Assembly: GCF_006345805.1 (NCBI RefSeq)
Contig: NC_042999.1
Coordinates: forward strand, 30,256,001-30,320,000
Source: Octopus sinensis
Lineage: Eukaryota
Length of the DNA stretch: 64,000 nucleotides
Direction: 5' to 3'
Made by a program: the position numbers and the translations under genes. Position 1 is the stretch's first letter. Every line of letters begins with the position of its first letter. A model generated the notes under the pieces. The model was not told the DNA's origin. It worked only from the letters and a program-made list of their open reading frames with translations, and made no database searches. Below are positions 1 to 15,390 of the stretch, in pieces.

Positions 1-661
1 TTATTGCAAATTAATCCATAAATAAACCATTTATGCTTGGAGTTAATGATTGAATCGCACCTCACTTATACGCACAAACTCCTGAGTAAATTATATGATA
101 ACCCGTACATATTCAAATTTTTTTTAAAATAATTCTGGCGCATGATTCACGCGTAGTGTAGCACAACCTTAAATAAACTGCAAGTGATTCTTCTATGCAC
201 GGCATTCCTCCAGCATGAATTTTAAGATTATGTTGTGGAATAAAAAATATTTAAATATATGCAGATAAACAAATATAAATTTATAGACATCCAGGATGAT
301 GTGAAAATGAATATATGTATGGTGAGGAGATAAAATTTTAGACGTTAATGACTTTCTGTTCAAGAAAAGAAAATATATATCTGACAAAATTAAATGATGT
401 AGAAAAAGTAAACTTCTATTTCAAATTCATACGAATAATTATTGGTGAATCGGCGAAAGTGAAGATCTGTCAATCATCAATATTTATAGTTATGTTTACT
501 GCATCAAATCGAATATACCAAAAATCTATGAAATTAGGACAAATAAGATTATCATTAAATCTATATTTAGAAATGGTTTAAATATTTTGCGTGTTTTATA
601 TTTTATATTTATGGCGAAACTTCACACATACTCACACGCAAGAAAATATACAAGTAAATAA

Positions 662-662
<1 letters not shown>

Positions 663-716
<54 letters not shown>

Positions 717-775
717 TATATATATATATATATATACGTGTGTGTGTGTGTGTCTGTTTGTGTGTGAGTGTGTGT
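663..775. repeat. (TA)n followed by (GT)n microsatellite, representative of dozens of similar tracts in the window
   Basis: Direct reading; explains the YIYI/HTHT ORFs. Confidence 0.95.
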
Positions 776-1020
776 CCAGACATAATGGTAATATAGGTGG
801 GGTGATGGAAGTTGCAATTAATATAATGCATTTGTGTAACATTGGTTTAACATTGTGCCCAAAAAATATATTAAGTGAGCATGGCGAAAAAATCTTTAAT
901 TAAGGAATTAACACTAGTCATATGAATAAGCAACTAATATTAATCATATTATCTATTAACTATAAGGATAAATGCAGCATAAATATATGATAGATAAATT
1001 ACAATAGCAAGAGCCGCGAG

Positions 1021-1036
1021 GATGAGGGTGATGACG

Positions 1037-1067
<31 letters not shown>

Positions 1068-1620
1068 CGATGATGATAATGATGATGATTATGATGATGA
1101 TGATGATGATGATGACGATGATGATGACGATGATTGTGGTGGTGGTGGTGGTGGTGATTGTGATGATTGTGATGATGACGACGACGGCGATGATGATGAG
1201 CATTGGAAAATGGGGACGATAAAGAGGAAGAAGAAGAAGAGGAGGAAGAGGAAGAAGAAGAAGAGGAGGGAGAGAAGAAGAAGAAGAAGAAGAAGAAGAA
1301 GCGAAGAAGAAGAAGAAGAAAGCGGAGAAAAGAAGAAGAAGAAAAAGAAAAAAAGAAGAAGAAGGAGGAGGAGGTTAGGAAAGAAGAAGAAGAAGAAAAA
1401 GAAAAGGAAGAGGAATAAGGAGGAGGAGTAGGAAAGAAAAGAAAAAGAAGAAGAAGGAGGAGGAGGTTAGGAAAGAAGAAGAAGAAGAAAAAGAAAAGGA
1501 AGAGGAATAAGGAGGAGGAGTAGGAAAGGAAAGAAAAAGAAGAAGAAGAAGAAGAAGAAGAAGAAGAAGAAGAAGAAGAAGAAGAAGAAGAAGAAGAAGA
1601 AGAAGAAGAAGAAGAAGAAC
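1021..1620. repeat. Compound trinucleotide tract (GAT/GGT then GAA/GAG) containing a ~92-bp tandem duplication
   Basis: GGTTAGG landmark at 1373 and 1465, with the same following GAATAAGGAGGAGGAGTAGG block. Confidence 0.9.
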
Positions 1621-2050
1621 TAGAGCAAATCAACCAATAACGAAGGTAAGCAAAAATAAAAAAAAAGTAAAAGTAACTCTCAATAATACATAGATACCGA
1701 AATGCCTAAGAAGGGAAATATTTGACTGGTAAATAAGTAATGTTCTTTACAGCAGAGTTGTAGGACCGATGTTCATTTATTGATTGTTTGAAAGATTTAT
1801 TTTCTCAATACAACCGGATTTATCCAATATCCATCAATTATAATCCTATACAATGAAAGTGAATGAATTACTAAGAGATAGAAGAAGGAAATAAAGAAAT
1901 ATAGTCTGAACTCTTTCGATATATTTTGAATACATTCGTTCTTTAACATTGGTTGCTTTGGTATACGTCTACTTTGACGGTGAATAGCTACCACAATAAC
2001 ATTATTGAATATTATGAAATTGTACATACATTAATACATACATATATATA

Positions 2051-2082
<32 letters not shown>

Positions 2083-2125
2083 CCGTATATATACACTTAT
2101 ACATATATATATACACGAATGTATG

Positions 2126-2184
<59 letters not shown>

Positions 2185-3124
2185 TGTGTGTGTGTGTATG
2201 TAAGTATATATGAATTCATGTACATAGATAGATACGTGTTGATGCGTGGGTTTCTGTGGAGGATATGAGTGTGTAAATTTGTGTGGGCAATAATTCGAAA
2301 TGTAGAAACACAAACTTAGAGAGTGATGTGCGTCCTTCATTTGAAGAATTGGGGACTGAAATCATTCAAAGAGATATAACGTAGACTCCTAATTTCGCAT
2401 TGAAATGAATACCTCAAGAGTATGACAGCTATATATAAGTAAAATGTCATAGAGAAGATGTCAGATCTGGAAAATATGTATAAACTTGAATTAGGCATTT
2501 CTATAAATTTCCAAAATCCTGAGTGTTTTTATACGAGTCCCTTGAACCTGAGAGACTATCCACCGCTCAAAACAGCATTGACAATTTCAGAAATGTGGGT
2601 GTAAATTCATCCTGTTTCAAATGTGAAAGTATGAACCATCAATTATATCCATATAAATAAGGGAGGGATTCTAGCAAAATCAGACGAAATAATGTAACAT
2701 AGATCAGTAGCTGGATACCTAGGCTTTTATTTTTCTTAGAAACATGAGCTACCTTCTCATCATTTATTTTCGAGAGCTCCTTTATATGTGATAAAGTTCC
2801 GAAAAGCTTAAAGGACGCATCATATGCACCTTTCATAAACAAGGAATAAAAACTGGGATAAAGTTTACCGGGCTCTGATTTCATATATAAATAAATAAGG
2901 GAAAGAATTATCACATGGAAACTAATTAAAATTTTCGACAATACTGACTTCCCTTCTGAAAGCCCATTCTATTTTTAAAACGGAAATATGTGTCACACGG
3001 AGCTTCTTCAGTTTATGTGATACCACATTTCTACTCCATTCAGGAGTCAGATATTCATATATGTAGAAATGTCGTGTTTTTAAATGCATCAATGCATCTA
3101 TTACTGATTGTATGCTACATTAAG

Positions 3125-3470
3125 ACAGCAAGCCATCAGAATCGTTATCACGCCGATACAGGGTCTTAGCGGCATTTCGTCCGCCTTACGATTGTGAGTT
3201 CAAAATCCGCCTAGTTTTAATAAACTTTTCATCTTTTCAGCGTCGTTAAACTAGGTAACACATATACACTGGCGTCAAAATCAGGAAATGCTGGTCTTGT
3301 GCCAAAATTTGAAACCGTTTATTCTGGCCTTTACATCAGTCGTTGTGAAGGCAGATATGTCCGTCTTCAGGTTTTGAGTCGAAATTCTGAAGAGGCTGAC
3401 GTTAGTTTTCATCCTTTCGGTTCCCTAAAAATAAGTACCGGTTGTATAATGGGATCGAAGTAATCGACTT
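3125..3470 (+). mobile_element. Two degenerate partial copies of tRNA-derived SINE family A (MetaSINE-like core)
   Basis: cttagcggcatttcgtcc..gagttcaaa and tttcatcctttcgg..aagtacc..gtaatcgactt match the better copies at 14508 and 60720. Confidence 0.6.
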
Positions 3471-3645
3471 TGCTACTCATCCAAAATTGTCCGCCTTGTG
3501 CTAACAGTTTCAAGCTGATATATAGTTCTGCAGTTGTTGTTTACATATGCTTCCAGGGAAGAAGACGCTAAATACAACTTATTTGACTTAGTTTGTGAGT
3601 TCTTACATACGCACATGCATACGTTTGTTCTTAGGTATGAACGTA

Positions 3646-3707
3646 TGTATGTCTGTACATACGTATGTATGTATGTATGTATGTATGTATGTACGTACGT
3701 ATGTATG

Positions 3708-3741
<34 letters not shown>

Positions 3742-3800
3742 TGTATGTATGTATGTATGTATGTATGTATGTATGTATGTATGTACGTACGTATGTATGT
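3646..3800. repeat. (ATGT)n microsatellite
   Basis: Direct reading. Confidence 0.95.
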
Positions 3801-4308
3801 GTGTCATTATTCAGTTTTATTTCAAGATATCTTGCCAATAGAGAGTCGTTGTTTTCTAACCTGGATCAAAAGCTCTTTCTTTGGAATTTCAATATCAACG
3901 GCAGGGTATTTTTGTAAGTATGCATACGTGCAAATTTGTATGTTTTGATTTACGTATGTCTTCTCATTCTTATACTTGAAAATCTAGACATGCTCATATA
4001 TAATTAAATGATAAACCTCTGGAAAGTTTTACAGATTTTTTTCAGTTCCAGTGATGGATTTATGTATGTATGTATGTATAAATGTATGTATGTATGTTTG
4101 TATGTATGCTTGTATATATGTATCTATGTATGTGTATGCTTATGTAATCGATATGTTTTAACGTAAGTGCACGTTATGACTTATTTTCGAACATTTTATT
4201 CCCTTTTCGTCACAGCGATATTAATCAAATAGGGCAGGTTGTTACTAACATGATGAATATATGGTATAAAGACAGGAATATAAATATATTTAACAATTTA
4301 TGGAGGAG

Positions 4309-4370
4309 ACGTAATTTGGATACGTAATTTGGATACGTAATTTGGATACGTAATTTGGATACGTAATTTG
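4309..4370. repeat. 13-bp minisatellite ACGTAATTTGGAT x ~4.8
   Basis: Four perfect units plus a partial unit. Confidence 0.95.
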
Positions 4371-6244
4371 AATATTAAAACATGACAATGGAAATGCATA
4401 TATGTTAATACAAATGAACAAATATGTATGTACAAACATAAAAATAATAAATGATGAGAAATATGAAACAAAACTAAATAGAAGATTATAAAAATATATT
4501 GCTGAGTTGTTCAAATTATTAAACATATTTCAGGTTCATGAAGTTTTATTGTACATGTGAATGCAAGTATAGCAGCGACAATTATTTATATTGGGCAGGT
4601 GGGATGTGTAAAGGAGTACGCAGTAGACACGAGATGCTCACCATTAGTGTCAACATGCGAAGTTATTATAAAGAAAATTGAAGTAGGTTTCATAAATAAA
4701 TACTTTTTTCTGCGATTAACGTATTATATGTGATGTTCAGCTGAATTCTGTATTTTTGTGATAACGTAAGCGTTATGAAGAAGTAAATGCCTTATCTGAA
4801 GGTGTTTCAAAATAAGGAAAATAATTGTACAAATGGTACGCTTCACATTACCTTTACATATGGTACGACTTCAGTGAGGCATGTACTTCTTTTCAGATTA
4901 TATTAGTACACAGGTTAGAGCAAGAAGAATTGTGATTGAGAGACCAAGAAATGACAGAGAAGAAAATGGAGAAAAGTAATAGCACCTATATGAAATAAGA
5001 TATTTTATTAATATTCTCTATGATATTTTGAAAAGATAATTTTAATTTATCATAACAAATTACAACTAATCAGTTGTCTTTCCTCAGTAGAATCACAATG
5101 AAACTTAGTAAGATTTCTAGGACCTCTGGTAATCGGTGTATACAGGCTCGGCTATTGCGCTTGTGAAACTCAGTTGAAGCAACAGTTGACCAATCAATAT
5201 GATTAATCTTTCATTTCTGAGCAAAAATTATATTCTTTCACTGACGATGTAAATTTCCAATTTTCATGAAGAAAAAATGCCTATGAACATCATTATTTTT
5301 CTTGACAAAGTAAGTAGTAAATCGAATATAAAATCGAGCACTGCTAGTCGTTCTAACTTTACACTTAGTGAACAAATGTACAGTCGCCGTTATTCTCCGT
5401 AGCAAGTTGTGTATTTAAATTTACCAACAATATTGCCAGCTACGCTATTTAATTTAGTTGTTACTAAGCTATTAGCTTGTTCACCTAATTTATTAGATCA
5501 ATTTTAGTGATATAAGGATATGTGTTGGCTGTAGTGTTTAAACAGCCCTGTTAAATTTTTTGAACACCCTGTCATATATCTTTGCAGTAATAATTCATGT
5601 AATTACAAATTCCGGTTTCGCAATAAGATTATTTGAATCACTCTCTCAACAGAGAAACGGTATCTTGCAATAAACAACTTCTTATTTTATCCCTATCAGA
5701 GGGTGGTTGTAATGACTACGTGTTTGAAGTTAGTTTAAAATGAGTGATTGTTGGGTTACCTATGAAATAATATATGACAAATATGCTTAGGAGGAATGTC
5801 CGTTTTCAGTACTTGTAAAACAAATATTTGAATGTAAGCCCATATGTTTTTGATTTAAAGAAAGTGAATTTACGAAGATATTTCGAACTTAATACATTTC
5901 CACCAATATAAAAATGTGTATAATTCCTACAGTTATATTTCATAGTACTAATAACAAATTTATGATGAACACATTTAGCGAGCGAACCTTTAACCCACTA
6001 ATTCCATCATAATCTATCCTTCTTTTCTTATTAACAGCTATATTATTCACAGTGACAAAAACACTGCTAATTGTCCTTGGTTTCATTGGATGATTGCCGA
6101 TCATTATTGTTCGGGTTGATCACCTTCCTATATATCTTAACCATGGTATTCCTTGAATACATCATATTTCTATACTTGAGATCAGTGTTTCCGTAATATG
6201 AAACTGTTTCTTTGCATCATATATGTTTTGTTATAATATACAGT

Positions 6245-6301
6245 ATTCCTAAATATTTTTCATTGACAGAAGATTCCTTGTGAAAATATTCTTCAGGAAA
6301 T
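6245..6301 (-). ncRNA. Isolated minimal type I hammerhead-like motif
   Basis: Minus strand: ATTTC CTGAAGA [weak stem II] GAAA AATATT TA GGAAT; stem I 5 bp, palindromic stem III; AT-rich so chance is possible. Confidence 0.35.
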
Positions 6302-7020
6302 TATGCTTAATTGAATTTGAACGATTTGATAATCTTTGTTTGTAATGTAAATTTTCATTCGACTTCTGGTACTGGCAATAGGTATTGGAGTCAGGTTTTA
6401 ACGTTAAATCCAGGAAATGAACTGAATGTATTACTCTCCGAACGTGATGGATAAATGGAAATTTCGGACGAATATATCAGTGTATTTGCTAATTCTTTCT
6501 AGTTGACGATGAAATTTATTATATACAGTCACGGGAAACTCATCCCATTATCAACCTCTCTGCAGTGTAAGAATATATTTACAATGCTCTGTCAGTAGAT
6601 ATATGCCCCCAGCTGAGTCACATTAGCATCGATAGCCGAACCCATTGTCATTTCCAATTCATTTTCCCAGCAGCTCTAGTACTAAGTTCAGCCTATCAAT
6701 AGTGGTAGGTATACTATTAACTACGCTACTAGTTTTAATTTTTCTCAATTTTACATATCTCCGAGATGTGTGTTCATTCAAAAATACCATTGTTTCACAT
6801 CGAAATTTATATATTATTTTAATAGTGCGAGTGTTTAATTAGGAAAAAATATGACCACTCTGTAGAATAACACTGTTTTTTTAACACACGAATTTGCATC
6901 AAGTAATCAAGTATTCCACAAAACAAATACATAAAAGTATTTATTAAATATTTCTGCACAATTAACAATGCAGTTTATTTCCCAACAATATTCAAATCGT
7001 TTTCTGCAAACATATTTATT

Positions 7021-7229
7021 TTTTATTGCCCACAAAGGGCTAAACATAGAAGGGCTAAATATAGTCGATTATATCGACTCCAGTGTGTAATTGGTACTTA
7101 TTTAATCGACCCCAAAAGGATGAAAGGTAAAGTCGACCTCGCGAAATTTGAACACAGAAGGTAGCGGCAGACGGAATACAGTTAAGCATTTCGCCCGGCT
7201 TGCTAACGATTCTTCCAGCTCGCCGTCCT
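7021..7229 (-). mobile_element. SINE family A, near full length
   Basis: attgcccacaaagggctaaac..gtcgattatatcgac..ggatgaaagg..gtcgacc..ccagctcgcc, co-linear with copies at 14508 and 60720. Confidence 0.85.
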
Positions 7230-7611
7230 ATTCTGCAAACATACATATTTGATGATCTTCAGTTTTTCTCTCGATCATGATAGCATTGTATTAGATATGT
7301 TTAATTTCAAAATTTGCAGCTGGGTCTATTGTAATTATATTTAATAGGAAGGCACACTTAAAATGCATATATATCTACACATGTATATGACCCTCTACTT
7401 TCTTTCCCTGCACGAGGAAGCAATGTTTACAATGAAACATTTCAAGGAGTAACCTACGTCCACTATATTTTTATTCCCTGAACGTGAACATTGGATATAT
7501 ACATCATATACGTCACACGCCCCATTATGAACTCCCTCACTACGCAAACATACAGATATTACATATAAATAGCAGAGATACCCGGTGTTGGTCGGGATTA
7601 AAATGGCATAT

Positions 7612-7920
7612 GTTTTTATTGTTTTACTTGTTTCATTCATGTAACTGCAGCCATGCTGGAGCACCGACCTTGGTCGAAGAAATCAACAAGATTTATTACT
7701 TCCAAGCCTAGTACTCATTCTGTCAGCGTCTTTTAACAAATCGCTAAATTACGGGAATATGAACAAAGCAACAACAGGTGTCAACCAAGAGTGGTATAAA
7801 GACACAAGACACACGCACACATACACGCTAAAAGACACACATATATACATGAGTTTTCTTTCAGCTTCCGATTACGAAATCCATTCACAAGATTTTGGTT
7901 GGCCTGAGGCTATAAGAAGT
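7612..7920 (-). mobile_element. SINE family B, degenerate and lacking the tRNA head
   Basis: ttttacttgtttc..gccatgctggagcacc..cctagtactc..ctttcagcttcc..gaggctata matches copies at 18352 and 55274. Confidence 0.7.
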
Positions 7921-8544
7921 GTATATATATAAATATATTAGCTGATATACTTGGTAGTTCCTGGGAAAGTGGATTTATCCCTTGGATCCGTTCTCATAAT
8001 TGTTTCACTAATCCAGTAACAACAATACAAAAATGGTCTTTGTTCATTTACAGACAATACTGAACTGTCTTACAGAGGATCTTGTTTAAAGGAAATCCCC
8101 GTAAGTTATGAATACCCAAATTATGAATTCAAGTATGTAATAACATGAAATTAATTACCGTAAAGTAAGAATTCAAATAAACTGTCCCCGGAAAGGGCTT
8201 TAATACGTTCCAAGACTATATAAATTTTAGGATGAAATACTATTAAGATATGTATAATAAATTCGTGAAACATGTTACGTTATAACAGACGAATGAGATA
8301 TGCGATAATAATAATTCAATGTAATTAACTATGAAAGAAAGCTTTTGTGCATTCCCAGAGAATAGGGCTGTTATATTCGTGAATAAGTCCCTAACCGGAA
8401 GAAGTGGATATATTGTTTAGGAGAATACTATTTACTTGTTTAAGCGTTGTATTGGATAAATTGAGAAAATAACTAAAATAGTTCAAATGCAAGAAAGAAG
8501 CATACTGAAGATGAATGGGTTATTTCCCGTGGAAGCTTAATAAT

Positions 8545-8768
8545 AATTACGTGATCGTTCACTCACGCCCAAATATTATTCCTCCCGCCGTTTACCCAAA
8601 GAATTTTTCGAAAGCAATTTTGCTTAAAATTTCTCCAGACACATAAGTAATGTGCGTGTGAACTTTGAGAAAATCGATCTAGCCGTTTTGGCTCAAAATG
8701 AGGACATACTGATAGACAAACACAAACACATATTTTCAGTTTTAATATGTAAGATATATACAAGAAAC
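8545..8768 (-). mobile_element. Helitron-like non-autonomous element, 5' part
   Basis: Minus strand starts atcttacatattaaaactgaaaatatgtgtttgtgtttgtct, resembling the start at 29633. Confidence 0.35.
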
Positions 8769-9046
8769 TTATCATTCAACGGAATTTTTTCTAAAAGTTA
8801 AACCCAAGTGTGATAATCATCCAAAATGCGTTGCCCAAGTGTTGTTCTGCTTTGTTTACTAAACATTCTCGAGTGAATTAATTGTGAATTCTCGTCTGTT
8901 TTTGTTCGTGTTCTAATTCAAAATAGTGACTAATACACGTTTCTCCATGTTGAAAGTTTTGAGAAAAGCTTCAGATATAGTTTTTAACATGAAACCAATG
9001 TACAATTATTTTTATCCACCAATCCGGTGTTGGGCTCTCATTGTCA

Positions 9047-9056
9047 TGTATATACG

Positions 9057-9090
<34 letters not shown>

Positions 9091-9790
9091 TGTATGTATG
9101 TATGTATGTATGTATGTATGTATGTATGTATGAATGTATGTATGTATGTATGAATGTATGTATGTATGTATGTATGTATGTATTATGTATGTATGTATGT
9201 ATGAATGTATGTATGTATGTATGTATGTATGTATGAATGTATGTATGTATGTATGTATGAATGTATGTATGTATGTATGTATGAATGTATGTATGTATGT
9301 ATGTATGAATGTATGTATGTATGAATGTATGTATGTATGTATGTATGAATGTATGTATGTATGTATGTATGAATGTATGTATGTATGTATGTATGAATGT
9401 ATGTATGTATGTATGTATGAATGTATGTATGTATGTATGTATGAATGTATGTATGTATGTATGTATGTATGAATGTATGTATATACGTATGTATGTATGT
9501 ATGTATGTATGTATGTATGAATGTATGTATGTATGTATGTATGTATGAATGTATGTATATACGTATGTATGTATGTATGTAAGTATGTATGTATGAATGT
9601 ATGTATGCATGTATGTATGAATGTATGTATGTATGTATGTATGTATGTATGTATGTATGTATGTATGTATGTATGTATGTATGAATGTATGTATGTATGT
9701 ATGTATGTATGTATGTATGTATGTATGTATGTATGAATGTATGTATGTATGTATGTATGTATGTATGTATGTATGTATGTACTTGTGTAT
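9047..9790. repeat. Long (ATGT)n array with periodic GAAT variant units
   Basis: Direct reading; source of the HTYI/MYVC ORFs. Confidence 0.95.
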
Positions 9791-10207
9791 GCATATACGT
9801 ATGCATAAAATTCAAGTAATGCCACTTATAATGAAGTGAAGGGATAGGTAGATACATTCAGCGCGTAACGTTAAGTATGAAACGGTGATTTTGAAAGGTG
9901 CAGCTAACGGCAAAAATTTATATCTGAATAATGATGAGTGAGAGAACAACAATTCTGCATGTAAAACGATAAAAATGAGTAGAAGTATAAACATACAAAA
10001 TAATTGGTGTTAGGTAACGTTATGATGATTATATCTATTAAGCTTGTGTTACATGAGTACAAATCATTAAGACGAAACTGTTTTTTTGCACATCTATTAC
10101 TAGCTTACTTCTTATGATTTACATAACATCGTGATAAAAAGATACGCCATAATCTAACCTGATGCTAGCTTTATCAATTTATGTTTATACATATATATAT
10201 ATATATA

Positions 10208-10242
<35 letters not shown>

Positions 10243-10281
10243 ATATATATATATATATATGTATGTGTATGTATGTGTGTG

Positions 10282-10316
<35 letters not shown>

Positions 10317-11563
10317 ATACATCTGTGTGTATTTGTGTGCGTCTCTGTGTATGTACATGTATACGTGATATAGCTAGATTTTTCACAACACTAAATAGTT
10401 TGAATGTTTCGCTATAGTGCATCGGAGGATTTAATTCAGTTTCAACTTGGACAATCGTTACAGAAAACGGATATTTCATCTGTAGTCAATGTCATACGCG
10501 GCAAGTACATTTCAAATGAGAAAGGATAGTCTTCGAAGGCATTCCACGACAAAGCCGACATTTACATTGCCAAACCTACTCGCTGATATAATTGAAAATT
10601 ATCATTTGTCTTTTCGAAGCGGTATGTATATGAAAAAAAAAGGTCCATTCTGTTTGATATTGTTTCATCGAATGAATATGGATAAAATGTTTTAGAAATT
10701 GTGATGTATTCTCGGCTAATATTTAGAGGGAGAATGCAGACGTCAATTTAGGGTATTCTCGTGAAACTGCAACTATCATTGACGTTCACGTGTATAAACG
10801 ATTCTGTGTATCTACTTGCCTTATAAGCATTCTTTCCACGTAAGCTGATAATGATTGGAAATTCTACTTCCCAGAAGCAGTATGGATGAAGATGGCTTTA
10901 GTTTATTGAATTGTTGACAATGCATATTTGATCAAGTGCAGGTTATTTTTTACCTTTTTTACGTCTCTTGATGGCAACACACAATATGATTTTGGACGCC
11001 CATTGAACACATTCTCATGGCAGCGGGGAAACATATTTTGAAAGCGACCGAATTTTGAATGCTAAGTAAGTACAGATAAATCACAGAACAAAAACTTTGC
11101 ACAAAGCCTGAAATTGCATTCCAGCACACATTCAAATAAATTGCATCAACAGCGAAAAAACTACCAGTAGTCCACCATTGAATCTTCAGTTACAGTTACC
11201 CAGCGTCCACCTTACTAAATGTACGAGAATATGATTTCTTTTTTTATAGCATATAGAAATAATCACATTAATTCATGTTTCGTAGAAAATTGTTTTATTT
11301 TCCAGTTCCAGAATGATTAATATATTCTAATGGTTTTATTTGAACCTCATATACAGAAAGCAATTCCTTTCGACGCTTACATTCTTAGTATTTGTTACAT
11401 TTGAAATTTGTCCACGCATTATTTTATATTCCTTTATCCTACCCTTTCACAGAAATTTATTAAACATAGATATTTCCTTAATAATGCAGCGACGACTTCG
11501 AGTAATTTGTTCAGAATTTCATAAAACAACACACACACACGCTTATATTCTCAAGTATATATA

Positions 11564-11604
<41 letters not shown>

Positions 11605-11853
11605 TGTGAACGTAGTTCTCGGAACTATACAGTGCAATGATCAATGGAAGGAACTCTAATAGACAATAGTTCCCCATAATCTTCTACTTCAATATTAATA
11701 TAAAGAGAAGAGATAAATTTTTAGTTATTACTCTATTCAATAATCACCTAAAAGATAATTGCAATATAGATTGGTCACTATTACAATATACCTATAATAC
11801 ATTAATTGTATGTAAGTATGTATGTATGTATGTATGTATGTATGTATGTATGC

Positions 11854-11900
<47 letters not shown>

Positions 11901-12039
11901 CTTATATAAATATATATATATGTATATATATATGCACATATATATATGCATATATATATATTATATATATATATATATATGTATGTATATACATATATAT
12001 ATATGTTTTATTTATATAAATATATATATTCGTATATAA

Positions 12040-12106
<67 letters not shown>

Positions 12107-12426
12107 GATAGACGTGGAAATATTCAAAATATATCAGAAAATATGTACACGGAAACAAAATTAATAACTACATATAATTATATTTAATTGCAATAAATGA
12201 AATTATGCAAAATTGTAAATTATGTTCTATAATTTGACAGGAGAATAATTATTTTATATTTCAAATACTTCTCTGTAAAAGAAATGGGTGCTTTAAATAG
12301 TTCGTACTTATTTAAATCAATATATCAATACAATAAACACTAACAATTCAACGTATAACATTCTACCAACAATCGACTATATACATAGTTTCTTGATGTG
12401 AATTCGTTTGTTGAAACACGTATTGT

Positions 12427-12590
12427 TGTATTTGGAGATGGTAATTTTGCCAGTTTAGCCAATAAAAACACAAGCACTATATATTTGGTGTTCACAAGAT
12501 TCAGCTTTATTTTTTATTCATTGTATTTCAGACAGATTTCTTTCGTCACGCACCTGTGACATCACCGGGAGTCCTATTTATTCTTTCCCC
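12427..12590 (-). mobile_element. Pseudo-LTR-like fragment homologous to the arms at 43864-44738, with decayed HHR-like motif (12528-12570)
   Basis: Shared gccagtt(t)agccaataaaaacac..gcactatatatttggtg..ctttcgtcac..ctgtgac. Confidence 0.7.
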
Positions 12591-12644
12591 AAATAACACT
12601 CTATCTCTCTCTCTTTCTCTCTCTCTCTCTATATATATATATAC

Positions 12645-12697
<53 letters not shown>

Positions 12698-13348
12698 ATA
12701 TATTGTCCAGCTTACCTACCAAGCGCACTGGCATCATATGCTAGCCAAAGCGATGCAAGGCGTAATGTCACCGGATATGTATAAAATATACAATAGTCTT
12801 ATTGATCAGATGATTACATAATGTGCATTTGGATTCCCGCTCACACACATGCGCGCGCTCGTGTATAGATTAGTGCTGTTCATGTAGAAATCTCACTCCT
12901 GTTATATAAATTGTGTTGCAAGAGAAAATATCCACACTGTTGTGTATGACTTCATGCTGGAAAAAAAAAAAAATGTTTCTTTCTTGCAATTATATTGTAC
13001 GTAATAATGTGATTTGTCCCAATTCTAGAAGGAATGAGAGCATCCAGATCAAAGTATTGGAAATATAAATTATAAAAGAAATGGTAAAAATGATATGATC
13101 AAAATATGAAGAAAATAATAGCGAAAATAGAATACAATGAAACAGAAATATGTAGGTGAGAGATGAGATGCACAGAAACGGACAAGCTGAAGATTGAACG
13201 TTGAAGATCGCACCGCATCTCCACAGATATGCTTATGGAGAGAGATATTTCAATTTCTAAAAAAAAAAAACCAAGCTCTTTAATTCTGTATTATAAGCAA
13301 GCCGTTTTCATCACATATATTAATTAAGGTTGAAATTATAGAGTTTAA

Positions 13349-14100
<752 letters not shown>

Positions 14101-14507
14101 CACATAGAAATGTGCCGTTGTGAATTAGTTCTATCCATTCTAAAACATGTGGAATCAGTCACGACTCGGAAGAAATTTCGTTTCTGAAAAAAATGGAATA
14201 ACAAATTCCCTGCAGGAAATTCAACAGAATAATATTTTATAAGCGAAACTGTTAACACTCTGCAGAGGTAGATGCATAATTTCTCTTTCAATGATTCATG
14301 AAGGACAATATGTTAGTGCCTTCGCGTTTAAGACAAATTCTTTGTGGTGGCTGCTGTTTTGATCGATGACAGCGCTGATTGTGGAAATTTATATAAAATA
14401 GCATTCCAGCCATGACCAGCTCATCTGTTTTAATATAAATAAACTGCAATATATGTGTTTTAAATTGAAATTATATGTTTCGTTCCTCTATGCTAACTTG
14501 AGCAATC

Positions 14508-14733
14508 TGTTTCGTTACTACCCACAAGGGGCTAAACACAGAGGGGAAAAACAAGAACAGACAAACGGATTAAGTCGATTATATCGACCCCAGTGCGTAA
14601 GTGGTTCTTAATTTATCGACCCTCAAAGAATGAAAGTCGTCCTCGGCGGAATTTGAACTCAGAACGTAACGGCAGACGAAATACGACTACGTATTTCGTC
14701 CGACGTGCTAAGGTTTCGGCCAGCTCGCCGCCT
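14508..14733 (-). mobile_element. SINE family A, full length, with 17-bp target-site duplication
   Basis: TGCTAACTTGAGCAATC at 14491-14507 and 14734-14750; tRNA-like head with B box (GAGTTCAAATTCC on minus strand). Confidence 0.92.
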
Positions 14734-15390
14734 TGCTAACTTGAGCAATCGTCTTTAACTTAAGACACCGGCAGTCTAAAGCATTGCATGTGGATTTGGT
14801 AGTCGTATATACGTATGCATATATAGGCGTGTATGCCTTTGTATTTGTGATAGGTTTCTACCACACTATCACTTGTCTAAATTTGCTGATTTAGCAACTT
14901 TGCATAAGGAAAACGCTGAAATCATGCGTAATGACTTTGACATATTTGACTAAACATTTCAATGACTGAAACTTGTAAGAGATGAAAGATACAAGTTAAT
15001 GGAAAACGGCAAAGAAGACATACAATTGTATGCTTAAAATTTTATATTGCAACTCATGCTAGCGACTTATCCCAATGGCTTTAGCGTGCATGACGCCTTC
15101 TCTCATCATTGATGAGTTAAACTACAGAAGAGGCGCAATTTGGTTGCAGCTTAAGTGTGTCATTACACTGATCACAACAGCTAAATATATATGTTTTAGA
15201 TTTAACACCCCCGAATGTAGATTAGCACCAGAAAAGTAAATCGTGCCTTTAAATTCAGGTGACTAAAATTTTACTACGGGAAAATCTCTTGCAACTTCAG
15301 TCGCATTTGCAACAATTTGGATGATAAACAAATGTTCCACCGAGTATAACTATAAAGTAAGTTAACCCAAGAATATCGACATATACAACA

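Noticed and set aside
2639-2941. 100-aa minus-strand ORF
   Set aside because: No recognisable domain, closed by an upstream stop, no clear splice sites
4309-4370. Short direct repeats as a CRISPR array
   Set aside because: Adjacent identical units with no spacers, eukaryotic context and no cas genes
8054-8100. Candidate 47-nt exon (TTTACAG..GTAAGT, NTELSYRGSCLKEIP)
   Set aside because: No partner exons found, and the region may instead be a decayed LINE end on the minus strand
8501-8545. CTGAAGA plus hairpin as a hammerhead
   Set aside because: GGAA instead of GAAA, extra bases before stem II and no stem I pairing
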